Source: Xylella taiwanensis
GTDB taxonomy: Bacteria; Pseudomonadota; Gammaproteobacteria; Xanthomonadales; Xanthomonadaceae
NCBI RefSeq assembly: GCF_013177435.1
Contig: NZ_CP053627.1
Coordinates: 600,001 to 632,000 of the forward strand
Direction of reading: 5' to 3'
DNA: 32,000 nt
The notes under the pieces were generated by a model. That model made no database searches, was not told where the DNA came from, and saw only the letters and a program-made list of their open reading frames with translations. A program made the position numbers and the translations under genes. Below, one piece after another: positions 15,496 through 23,809 of the stretch. How positions within the stretch are numbered: the stretch's first letter is position 1; each line of letters starts with the position of its first letter.

Positions 15496-16134
15496 ATGGA
15501 TCTATCACGATTGCGTATCAGGCGCTTGGAGATGGACGAGACACGCCTGTTGTTCACGTTGGTCAATGGCATGCGTGTAGATGTGTTGTTGAGCGGTTAT
15601 CCAGCGCTGGCACGTGCCAAGCCCGCATTGTGTCCACATTGGCAGCTCACTGAGGACGGTTATGGGGTGAACTGGCCTGACTTGGCGGTGCCTACCACGG
15701 CCGGTTTACTCAATATTCTGGAATTACTGTGGAAGCGGCGTATCGAGCAGGCACAGTTGTGTCTGCGTACCCTGCATGGCTGTTTCGATATGCTCACGTT
15801 GCAGCATCGCGAGTTAATTGGGTTGGACCGATTGGATATGGATATGAGCGGTGGTGGTTTTGCACGTTTCTTTGACAGTCGTGATGAAGCTACCCGTACT
15901 TATGCGTTGCAGGCACTGGATGTGATTGGCGCACACCAACTGCACCAAGCGATTGTTGGATTGAATGGGTTGTTTGGGCGACTCGAGCAAGATCTGGCGT
16001 TACTTAGCGTAGAAGACATCATTGCGGCAATGGATCCATTGGACAAGCAACGAGTCGAAGCCTGGGAACAGGTTTATTACGCTCAGTCAGAGCATGTAGC
16101 TAGGCTGGGGTTGACACATTACGGTTTGGAATGA
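15496..16134 (+). CDS. DUF2442-like N-terminal domain fused to a DMP19/DUF4375-like C-terminal domain
   Basis: The ORF track gives 15382-16134. ATG 15496 fits the domain start: MDLSRLRIRRLEMDETRLLFTLVNGMRVDVLLSGYPALARAKPALCPHWQLTEDGYGVNWPDLAVPTTAGLLNILELLW (DUF2442 pattern: p.L..A.p....w.l...G.gi.Wp.ld). The C-terminal half LTLQHRELIGLDRLDMDMSGGGFARFFDSRDEATRTYALQALDVIGAHQLHQAI fits the DMP19-type core NGGF.QFf.Ns.g......aL..IGa. Its GC content is normal, inside AT-rich surroundings. Confidence 0.7.
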   Translation: MDLSRLRIRRLEMDETRLLFTLVNGMRVDVLLSGYPALARAKPALCPHWQLTEDGYGVNWPDLAVPTTAGLLNILELLWKRRIEQAQLCLRTLHGCFDMLTLQHRELIGLDRLDMDMSGGGFARFFDSRDEATRTYALQALDVIGAHQLHQAIVGLNGLFGRLEQDLALLSVEDIIAAMDPLDKQRVEAWEQVYYAQSEHVARLGLTHYGLE

Positions 16135-17042
16135 GGTTGACATGAAGTTGAGTGCGCACATTGTGCGTCAGCACGGGTCTGTCTATGCAGAAGAGCTTAA
16201 CTATTGAGTACTACACGAAATGTTGGTTGTGCTTCGATATTTCCATTAGAAATCTATTGTTTGGCGTAAGGTTCCACGTTGCATCTTTCTTTGTTCTCTA
16301 TGAGTTTTTGAAATGAAGTGAGGTTCATGACGCGATATTGGCATTCCTTCGTGACAACAGTTCGGATGAAACGGATTGACTTGATTGAGTGTTTTCGGAA
16401 GAACATAAGGTTGCCGTTGCCGGATGCAGTCGCGTCATGTTTATTGCACATTGACTGTCAAGGTATATGGTCCGATGTGTCCAGGTAATTACAGGGACTT
16501 GATTTTTACAAAATGCTCTTCTCAATTTTTCGTATCAAAATGAAAGTGATCTGTTACGGAGACTTCAAGCTTGATCTGAAATCATGCTTTGCTGGTTTTA
16601 TCGTCGATCAGATACAGGCATGCTTATAACAATAAGCTTATTGTGCGTTGAGTCCTTCATTACTCGACGTTTTTTTCTGTTTTCGCATGTTTAGCAATGT
16701 TTATATGCACCGAGTGGATAAATATTTATCTCTCGGATGTATGGTGAGTATCCGAATTGGAGGGATATGCGATTGTTGTATCTTGCCTACAGATCTTATC
16801 CTTAACAAAGTCTAAGGAACGTTGCATTGGCCAGTACAACACCATTTCGATGAAAAATATGTTGTTTTTGAGGAAGATGCCGCTGCTCCACTGACTGGGG
16901 AGCAGGCGACTCATGAGTTTCTTTGGGAGCATTTTGCCCAGCACACCAGCCACAGTGGATTCCAGTGATATGGTTGAGGTCGATGGTGGTCCGGTGGATA
17001 AGTTAGGTCATAGGTGACGCTTCTTAGGTAAAGACCATTCTG

Positions 17043-17336
17043 TCACCACTTGTAGATGTTCCAATATACCGGTGAAACGATGTTGCGATCACCGTCGAGG
17101 TGCCCGTCCCCGTTACGATCGTACAAATAGTATGGCGGTGCGTGCTTCGGAGTGATCTTGACCATACGTAGCTGGCCGCTGACCCGGAATTCATCGACGC
17201 GATCACCATTTCCCATGATCTTGGTGGTCATTACAGCTCCCCGTAATTTTAAGGGTGCATCGGCATGCGCGCGGCCTGTTGTGGTACAGCCGGCAAACAT
17301 CAGTAGGGACAACAAGATCAGAAAGACGTGTTTCAT
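17043..17336 (-). CDS. DUF2782-family lipoprotein
   Basis: Signal peptide with lipobox MFAG|C. DEFRVSGQLRMVKITPKHAPPYYLYDRNGDGHLD...VSPVYWNIYKW matches the DUF2782 pattern. It is divergent from polA, as I recall for other gamma-proteobacteria. Confidence 0.75.
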   Translation of the reverse strand: MKHVFLILLSLLMFAGCTTTGRAHADAPLKLRGAVMTTKIMGNGDRVDEFRVSGQLRMVKITPKHAPPYYLYDRNGDGHLDGDRNIVSPVYWNIYKW

Positions 17337-17420
17337 CGTGATCGATCTAGATTCGGCAGTAGTAATAGGTAAGAGTATGCGCTTTCGATGTCACTGTGGT
17401 GTGCGGCGTAGAATGTGTTG

Positions 17421-20186
17421 ATGAGCAGATTAGTTTTGATCGACGGGTCCAGTTACCTCTATCGTGCGTTTCATGCATTGCCGCCGCTCAGCAACGCAGA
17501 AGGTGAACCCACCGGTGCTCTGTTTGGTGTGGTCAACATGTTACGTACTACGCTGAAGGAGCGCCCGGACTATGCTGCTTTTGTGATTGATGCACCAGGC
17601 AAGACATTTCGCGATGATCTTGATCCCGAATACAAAATGCATCGCCCACCAATGCCTGATGATTTGCGTGTGCAGGTGCAGCCGATGTGCGGGATTGTGC
17701 ATGCGTTAGGCATCGATATCCTGTGTATTGATGGGGTTGAGGCCGATGATGTTATCGGTACATTGGCTTTGGCTGCCATTGCTGACGGGATTGCCGTGAC
17801 AATTTCTACGGGTGACAAGGATTTCGCTCAGTTGGTCCGTCCAGGCGTGGTATTGGTCAACACCATGAGTGGCAGTCGGATGGATTCCGATATGGCAGTG
17901 ATCGATAAATTCGGAGTTGCTCCGAGTCAGATCATTGATCTGTTCGCGTTGATGGGCGATGCGGTGGATAACGTACCGGGTGTGGATAAATGCGGGCCGA
18001 AGACGGCAGCGAAGTGGTTAGGGGAGTACGGTTCACTGGATGCTGTCATCGCCAATGCTGACAAGATCAAAGGCAAAATTGGTGACAATCTGCGTGCTGC
18101 GCTGCCACGGCTTTTGTTAAACCGCGCGCTAGTCACGATCAAGACGGATGTGGCACTAGACAAGCACCCGCAGGATTTGGTGCTGCGTGAGCGTGATACT
18201 GACGCGCTGCGTGGCTTTTACCAGCGCTATGGCTTCACCCAGGCACTGAAGGAGCTGGATGGCCGCAGTGTTGAAGCCACTGTGGTCGAGCAGGAGCCTG
18301 GGCGTGCGAGGCTTGCAGGTTTCCGTGCTGCTCCGGACCCATCGGTTGCAATGGACATCGACCCAGCGCTGTCTGCACAGGGAGAGTACGAGACGATTTT
18401 CACAATCGAACAGTTACAGGATTGGATGGTGCGGTTACGGGTGGCGGGTCAGTTTGCTTTCGACACCGAGACCGATAGTCTTGATCCGATGCAAGCAGCA
18501 CTCGTTGGCCTGAGTTTTGCTGCTGAAATGGGGCGTGCGGCTTACCTGCCGCTTGGTCATGATTATCCTGGTGCGCCGGTGCAGCTTGATCGCGGGCAGG
18601 CGCTGGCGTTACTGCAACCGCTGCTGGAGGATGCAACAGTGCGTAAATTGGGCCAGCATGGCAAATATGACATGCATGTGCTGCGCCGCTACGGCATCGT
18701 GCTGGCTGGCTATGCTGACGACACTTTGTTGGAAAGCTTTGTACTCACTTCCGGCAATGCCCGTCACGACATGGATACCTTGGCTAGGCGCCATCTTGGT
18801 TACGAGACCATTAAGTATGTCGATGTGGCGGGTAAGGGAGCCAAACAGATTCCTTTCTCCCACGTGGGGGTTGACGAGGCGACTCAGTACGCTGCTGAGG
18901 ATGCTGATATCACCTTGCGCTTGCACCGCATCCTGGCGCCGCAGTTGATTGCCGAGCCAAGCTTGGAGCGAGTCTACCGTGAAATCGAAATGCCGCTAAT
19001 ACCGGTGCTTGAGCGCATTGAGGCCAACGGTGTGCAGATTGATGCAGAGCAGCTGTATAAGCAGAGTGCTGATTTGTCGCGACGTATGATTGCTGCGCAG
19101 CAGAAAGCGATGGAACTGGCAGGGCGCACCTTCAACTTGGATTCGCCTAAGCAGTTACAGGTACTGCTGTTCGATGAACTGAAGCTGCCAGCAGTGGTGA
19201 AGACGCCTAAGGGGCAGCCATCGACCAATGAGGAGGCGTTGGAGTCGATTGCTGATCAGCATGAGCTACCGCGTGTCATTCTGGAATACCGCAGCTTGGC
19301 CAAGTTACGCAATACCTACACTGACAAGCTGCCGGAAATGATCCATCCGGACACTGGGCGTGTACATACCAATTATCATCAGACCGGTGCTGCCACCGGG
19401 CGGTTGTCCTCATCCGATCCCAACTTGCAGAATATCCCGATTCGTACCGATGATGGTCGGCGTATCCGCCGTGCTTTTGTCGCGCCTTCTGGACGTAAGT
19501 TGATTGCTTGCGATTATTCACAGATCGAATTGAGGATCATGGCGCATCTATCCGGTGATGCAGGGCTGGTTGATGCTTTCGAGTCTGGCGTCGACGTGCA
19601 CTGTGCGATTGCTGCGGAGGTGTTTGGTCGCAGCCTTGATGAGGTGACGCCTAACGAGCGTCGTGCGGCGAAGGCAATCAATTTTGGCCTGATATACGGT
19701 ATGAGCGCATTTGGCTTGGCGCGTCAGCTCGGTATCAGCCGCAGTGAGGCGCAGGATTACATTGCGCTGTACTTTGGCCGCTTTGCCGGGGTGCGTGATT
19801 TTATGGAAAACACACGTCAGCAGGCACGCGATAGAGGATACGTAGAGACGGTGTTCGGTCGCCGTCTCTATTTAAACTCCATTGCCAGTGGTAACCAGAC
19901 TCAGCGTGCCGGTGCCGAGCGCGCAGCGATCAATGCGCCAATGCAGGGGACTGCCGCTGATATCATCAAGCGTGCCATGGTCACAGTGGATGATTGGTTG
20001 GCGAAGTATCGGGAGTGGGCGCTGATGATCTTGCAAGTACACGATGAATTAGTGTTCGAGGTGGATGAGGATTTCGTACCAACTTTGGTACATGAAGTGT
20101 CGACGCGGATGGCTTCGGCGGCACAGTTGCGCGTGCCGTTGGTTGTCGATGTTGGTATCGGTAATAACTGGGATGAGGCGCACTGA
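17421..20186 (+). CDS. polA: DNA polymerase I
   Basis: Motifs: 5'-nuclease LIDGSSYLYRAFHA; 3'-5' exonuclease FDTETDSLD; polymerase motif A DYSQIELRIMAH; motif B RRAAKAINFGLIYGMS; motif C QVHDELVFE. ATG 17421, with in-frame GTG/TTG at 17415/17418. Confidence 0.97.
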   Translation: MSRLVLIDGSSYLYRAFHALPPLSNAEGEPTGALFGVVNMLRTTLKERPDYAAFVIDAPGKTFRDDLDPEYKMHRPPMPDDLRVQVQPMCGIVHALGIDILCIDGVEADDVIGTLALAAIADGIAVTISTGDKDFAQLVRPGVVLVNTMSGSRMDSDMAVIDKFGVAPSQIIDLFALMGDAVDNVPGVDKCGPKTAAKWLGEYGSLDAVIANADKIKGKIGDNLRAALPRLLLNRALVTIKTDVALDKHPQDLVLRERDTDALRGFYQRYGFTQALKELDGRSVEATVVEQEPGRARLAGFRAAPDPSVAMDIDPALSAQGEYETIFTIEQLQDWMVRLRVAGQFAFDTETDSLDPMQAALVGLSFAAEMGRAAYLPLGHDYPGAPVQLDRGQALALLQPLLEDATVRKLGQHGKYDMHVLRRYGIVLAGYADDTLLESFVLTSGNARHDMDTLARRHLGYETIKYVDVAGKGAKQIPFSHVGVDEATQYAAEDADITLRLHRILAPQLIAEPSLERVYREIEMPLIPVLERIEANGVQIDAEQLYKQSADLSRRMIAAQQKAMELAGRTFNLDSPKQLQVLLFDELKLPAVVKTPKGQPSTNEEALESIADQHELPRVILEYRSLAKLRNTYTDKLPEMIHPDTGRVHTNYHQTGAATGRLSSSDPNLQNIPIRTDDGRRIRRAFVAPSGRKLIACDYSQIELRIMAHLSGDAGLVDAFESGVDVHCAIAAEVFGRSLDEVTPNERRAAKAINFGLIYGMSAFGLARQLGISRSEAQDYIALYFGRFAGVRDFMENTRQQARDRGYVETVFGRRLYLNSIASGNQTQRAGAERAAINAPMQGTAADIIKRAMVTVDDWLAKYREWALMILQVHDELVFEVDEDFVPTLVHEVSTRMASAAQLRVPLVVDVGIGNNWDEAH

Positions 20187-20330
20187 GTCAGGTGTAAGAG
20201 CTGTCGAACAGTGATCCATACATGATCTTGGATGCGACGCTGGAGAATGAATTTCACCTTAATCTAATGAATTGTTAACTGATATCTTCACGTGTTATCA
20301 ATGTGTATATGTGGTGTGATAGCTCCTGGC

Positions 20331-20452
20331 AGGTGCAATGCTTGCCTGTAGGATCTCTCCCAATCCCCTGGGGAAGATCGTTGGAGCGGGCACTCATCCC
20401 CAAGTGTCCGCTCTCCGGCCTCGCCGACCTTCCTTGGTCAGCGGGGCCTTTT
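20331..20452 (+). ncRNA. sX13: sX13-like small RNA (three stem-loops, two with CCCC loops, terminator at the end)
   Basis: It starts ~145 nt downstream of the polA stop. Stem-loop 1: GATCTCTCCC (20352-61), loop AATCCCCT, GGGGAAGATC (20370-79). Stem-loop 2: GGAGCGGGCACT (20383-94), loop CATCCCCA, AGTGTCCGCTCTCC (20403-16). Stem-loop 3 is the terminator. I recall that Xanthomonas sX13 lies downstream of polA, is ~115 nt, has C-rich loops and is conserved in Xylella and Stenotrophomonas. The 5' end here is a guess; a possible -10 is GATAGC at 20318-20323. Confidence 0.6.
20417..20452 (+). terminator. Rho-independent terminator
   Basis: GGCCTCGCCGACC (20417-29), loop TTCCTT, GGTCAGCGGGGCC (20436-48). 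This is a 13-bp stem with one mismatch and one G-U pair, followed by TTTT (20449-52). Confidence 0.75.
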
Positions 20453-21340
20453 ATCGATTCTTCATCAGAATTTTTAGCAATGTAGTGGTTTGAGGTATTG
20501 CGATGGTGATAGGTCGTTGTCCTTGAGATACTTTGGATTGATGTTGTTGTGTGGATGTTCGGTGGCGTCATCATTGCTGCCATATTGCTTTTGATGAGAT
20601 GGCAATTACAGTGTTTGGTGGGTTGCCAAGTCGTGTTTATGTCGCTTGCCTGTGCGTTTGGAGCATACGTAAAAATATAAACACGATGTGGTTGGAGTGA
20701 TTTTTGGGAGGAGCGGTAATTTTCGGGGCGTGCATACGTCATTCTTGCGATGGGAACCGCTGATGGGAAGGTATTGGAATGTTTGTTCCAAAGAGTTGTC
20801 ATTGTTACAGGATGCCGATCACCTCAGAAATCGTCATCGATTGGACTATTTTTTTGAGTGCCCAGCAGCATTACGGCAGAAAATGAGGGGGCAGACGACC
20901 GGATGCCGCCGGGATGGGATGAACAATAATATCCAGTCATGGTTAACGCATTGGTCCCATCTGCAGGATTTCACTTCATGCTTGGGCAAGCCCATCACTT
21001 GGAAGGTACTCAAGTTTGGTTAGGGGGTTCCTATTTTTGTTATCTGGTCGAACACGAATCTTTGCTTAGCGAGTGCCATTGTCACTGGCGGCGATAGACT
21101 GCTTGCAAAGTCCCCGGTGCCAGTCATTGCATCGGTCGGCATCGCTTCATTGAGATCAATGAGATGTTCTGATCTCTGTTGTGGGATTGCAAGTCCTCTG
21201 GGCGTGGTGGCCAGTTTTGCATGATGTGAGCAACGGAAGGCATCACTATTGCTTTTGATTTGCACTGTGCTTGTGGGGACTCGCTGTGCTGGACGTGGTG
21301 CTATCTTGTGCGGTGTTAATACCGTGGTTAGATTGCTGCA

Positions 21341-22054
21341 GTGGATTCTTTTCTCAAACTTCTTATTCATGGCGCTTCCGGGCGTATGGGGAAGGCGCTG
21401 TTACGGCTGGCCTCAGAAGACCCGACGCTTCAGGTGACTGGTGCGGTGGTGAAGCACCCATTGGATCACCAAGCGATCGATGGCGTACCATTTTTTGCTG
21501 CTAGCGAATTGACGACTGTACCGGCGTTCGATGTCGCGATCGATTTCAGCTTGCCGCAAGGTTTTTCACCGTTGCTGGCATTGTGTGTGCAGCGTGCCAC
21601 GCCGTTGGTCTCAGGTACTACCGGTCTTGATCTGGAGCAGCATGAGTCTCTGGTCATGGCGAGTGCGCAGATTCCTCTGGTGTGGGGGGCCAATTTTAGT
21701 TTGGGTATGGCGGTGTTGATTAATTTGGTTGAACGTGCAGGTGATGCATTGCTTGGCTGGGATTGCGACATCGTTGAGTCGCATCATGTCCACAAGCAGG
21801 ATGCTCCGTCCGGTAGTGCGCTGACGCTGGGCGAGGCGGTTGCGCGCAACGGTGCATTGCCGCGCTATACAAGCCTGCGTGCTGGTGACATCGTGGGCGA
21901 GCATCTGGTGCAGTTTACTGGGTTGGGCGAGCGCATCGAACTGGTACACCGTGCCACCAATCGTGATGTCTTCGCACGTGGCGCGTTGTATGCAGCTCGG
22001 CGTTTGGTTGGGCGTTTGCCGGGATGCTACCGAGTGCGTGACTTGATTGTGTGA
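21341..22054 (+). CDS. dapB: 4-hydroxy-tetrahydrodipicolinate reductase
   Basis: GTG start. IHGASGRMGKAL is the NAD(P)-binding motif. SGTTGL and ESHHVHKQDAPSGSAL form the ExHHxxKxDAPSG signature. Confidence 0.93.
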   Translation: MDSFLKLLIHGASGRMGKALLRLASEDPTLQVTGAVVKHPLDHQAIDGVPFFAASELTTVPAFDVAIDFSLPQGFSPLLALCVQRATPLVSGTTGLDLEQHESLVMASAQIPLVWGANFSLGMAVLINLVERAGDALLGWDCDIVESHHVHKQDAPSGSALTLGEAVARNGALPRYTSLRAGDIVGEHLVQFTGLGERIELVHRATNRDVFARGALYAARRLVGRLPGCYRVRDLIV

Positions 22055-22251
22055 AGTGATACTCGCGTTTCAGCTTCCGCGTGCTGTGTGTACTCTGATG
22101 TCGGGCTGGCACGGGGAGATGCTTGCCGTTAGAATCCCAGCCTGCCCGAATCTAGCGTTGGACCGGCCTCAGGGTCGTGTTCGCACTTTCCTGCAACCTG
22201 ATTTCAGGTGGCGGCATCGGCGTCCCAGGCAGCCAGAGCGAGACTCCACCA

Positions 22252-23376
22252 GTGACAGAATCCGCAATTTTAGTTCTCGAAGACGGTACTGTATTCGAGG
22301 GCGATGCCGTAGGCGCTCATGGGCTTTCCGTGGGTGAAGTAGTCTTCAACACGGCCCTCACTGGTTACCAGGAGATCGTGACCGATCCTTCGTATGCGTA
22401 CCAATTAGTCACACTCACTTATCCGCATATTGGCAATACAGGCTGTACCGATCAGGACGATGAGGCCAACAAGGTGTGGGCGGCTGGTTTGATTGTGCGG
22501 GACGTGCCACGTCGTCCGAGCAGTTGGCGCAGCCAGGTTGCGTTGTCAGCCTGGTTGGTCGCACGCGGCGTGGTGGCTATTGCTGGGATTGATACACGCA
22601 AACTGACCCGTATTCTCCGTGAGAAGGGCGCCCAGAATGGCGCGTTGATGGCTGGCGAGATTAATGTTGGCAAAGCGCAGGATGCTGCCCGCCAATTTCC
22701 AGGTATGAAAGGCATGGACTTGGCCAAAGTGGTTAGTACCAAGCAGGTTTACTCTTGGTGCGAAGGCCAGCTTAACTTGGATCGTAACGAGTGGAAGCGT
22801 GCTGCACCGCAATACAAGGTTGTGGCCTATGACTACGGCGTGAAGCTGAATATCCTGAGGATGTTGGCTGAGCGTGGTTGTGATCTTACCGTGGTACCGG
22901 CGCAGACTCCGGCTGCCGAGGTGCTAGCGCTGCACCCGGATGGTGTGTTTCTTTCCAATGGCCCAGGTGATCCAGAACCTTGTGATTATGCAGTTGCGGC
23001 GATCAAGACGTTCATCATGCTCCGGGTTCCGATTTTCGGCATTTGTCTGGGCCACCAGTTGCTGGCCAAGGCTGCTGGTGCCAAGACCGTCAAAATGAGG
23101 CATGGTCACCATGGTGCTAATCATCCGGTGCAGGACCTGAGTAGCGGACGGGTCATGATCACTTCACAGAACCACGGCTTTGCCGTTGACGAGGCGACGT
23201 TACCAAGTAATGTGTGTGTCACCCATCGTTCGCTGTTCGACGGGACCAATCAAGGTATCGCGTTGCTTGATGCACCGGCATTCTCGTTCCAAGGGCACCC
23301 GGAAGCTTCGCCAGGTCCGCACGACGTTGGCCTGCTGTTTGACAGGTTCACGGCAATGATGGCGGCCCAATCCTGA
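22252..23376 (+). CDS. carA: Carbamoyl-phosphate synthase small (glutaminase) subunit
   Basis: From GTG 22252, [48 protein letters not shown] aligns with the E. coli CarA N-terminus. The catalytic GICLGHQLL and HGANHPV motifs are present. The longer track ORF starting at 22177 is probably an upstream extension. Confidence 0.93.
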   Translation: MTESAILVLEDGTVFEGDAVGAHGLSVGEVVFNTALTGYQEIVTDPSYAYQLVTLTYPHIGNTGCTDQDDEANKVWAAGLIVRDVPRRPSSWRSQVALSAWLVARGVVAIAGIDTRKLTRILREKGAQNGALMAGEINVGKAQDAARQFPGMKGMDLAKVVSTKQVYSWCEGQLNLDRNEWKRAAPQYKVVAYDYGVKLNILRMLAERGCDLTVVPAQTPAAEVLALHPDGVFLSNGPGDPEPCDYAVAAIKTFIMLRVPIFGICLGHQLLAKAAGAKTVKMRHGHHGANHPVQDLSSGRVMITSQNHGFAVDEATLPSNVCVTHRSLFDGTNQGIALLDAPAFSFQGHPEASPGPHDVGLLFDRFTAMMAAQS

Positions 23377-23809
23377 TGGTTTTGATGTACGCTATGTTGA
23401 TGCGCTGTTGCTGGTGGTTGGTTGCATTGGTGGCGATGGCATTGGTATTCGTTGCCTATTCGGCCTTTGTTGTTGGATGCTGTGCAGTCGCAATGGTGTA
23501 CCGTCACGTTGCCAGTTGGGTGCGATGGGCTTTTTGCGATGCCTATCGGTATAGTCTGGCGAGACCTATTGTTGCTTACATCCTCTCCCCGCGTTGCGTG
23601 AAATGGGGTGATAACGCTATGGAGTGTGATGCTGCGGCGCGCAGGAGGGGCAATAAATGATCACAGTAACTGAGTGGGTGTGCGTATCGGTATTTCCGTT
23701 GTCATTGGGGTTGCGATGCAGCGTGAGATTCGCGTCGCAATCGAATTGCCCGATCAGGTGACTTGGTTGCCTTCTGAGGCGTAACAGGATCGATTTTACT
23801 GAGGACCTC

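Noticed and set aside
20275-20802. 175-aa minus-strand ORF downstream of polA
   Set aside because: Its composition is low-complexity Thr/Ser/His/Asn-rich. It has no motifs and lies antisense to the structured sX13-like RNA and its terminator.
21020-21370. 116-aa minus-strand ORF overlapping the dapB start
   Set aside because: It has no recognisable motifs. It overlaps the dapB 5' end in antisense, and its composition is unlike neighbouring genes.
22177-22251. N-terminal extension of carA given by the track (start 22177)
   Set aside because: Alignment with the E. coli CarA N-terminus begins at the GTG 22252 region. The extra 25 residues have no counterpart.
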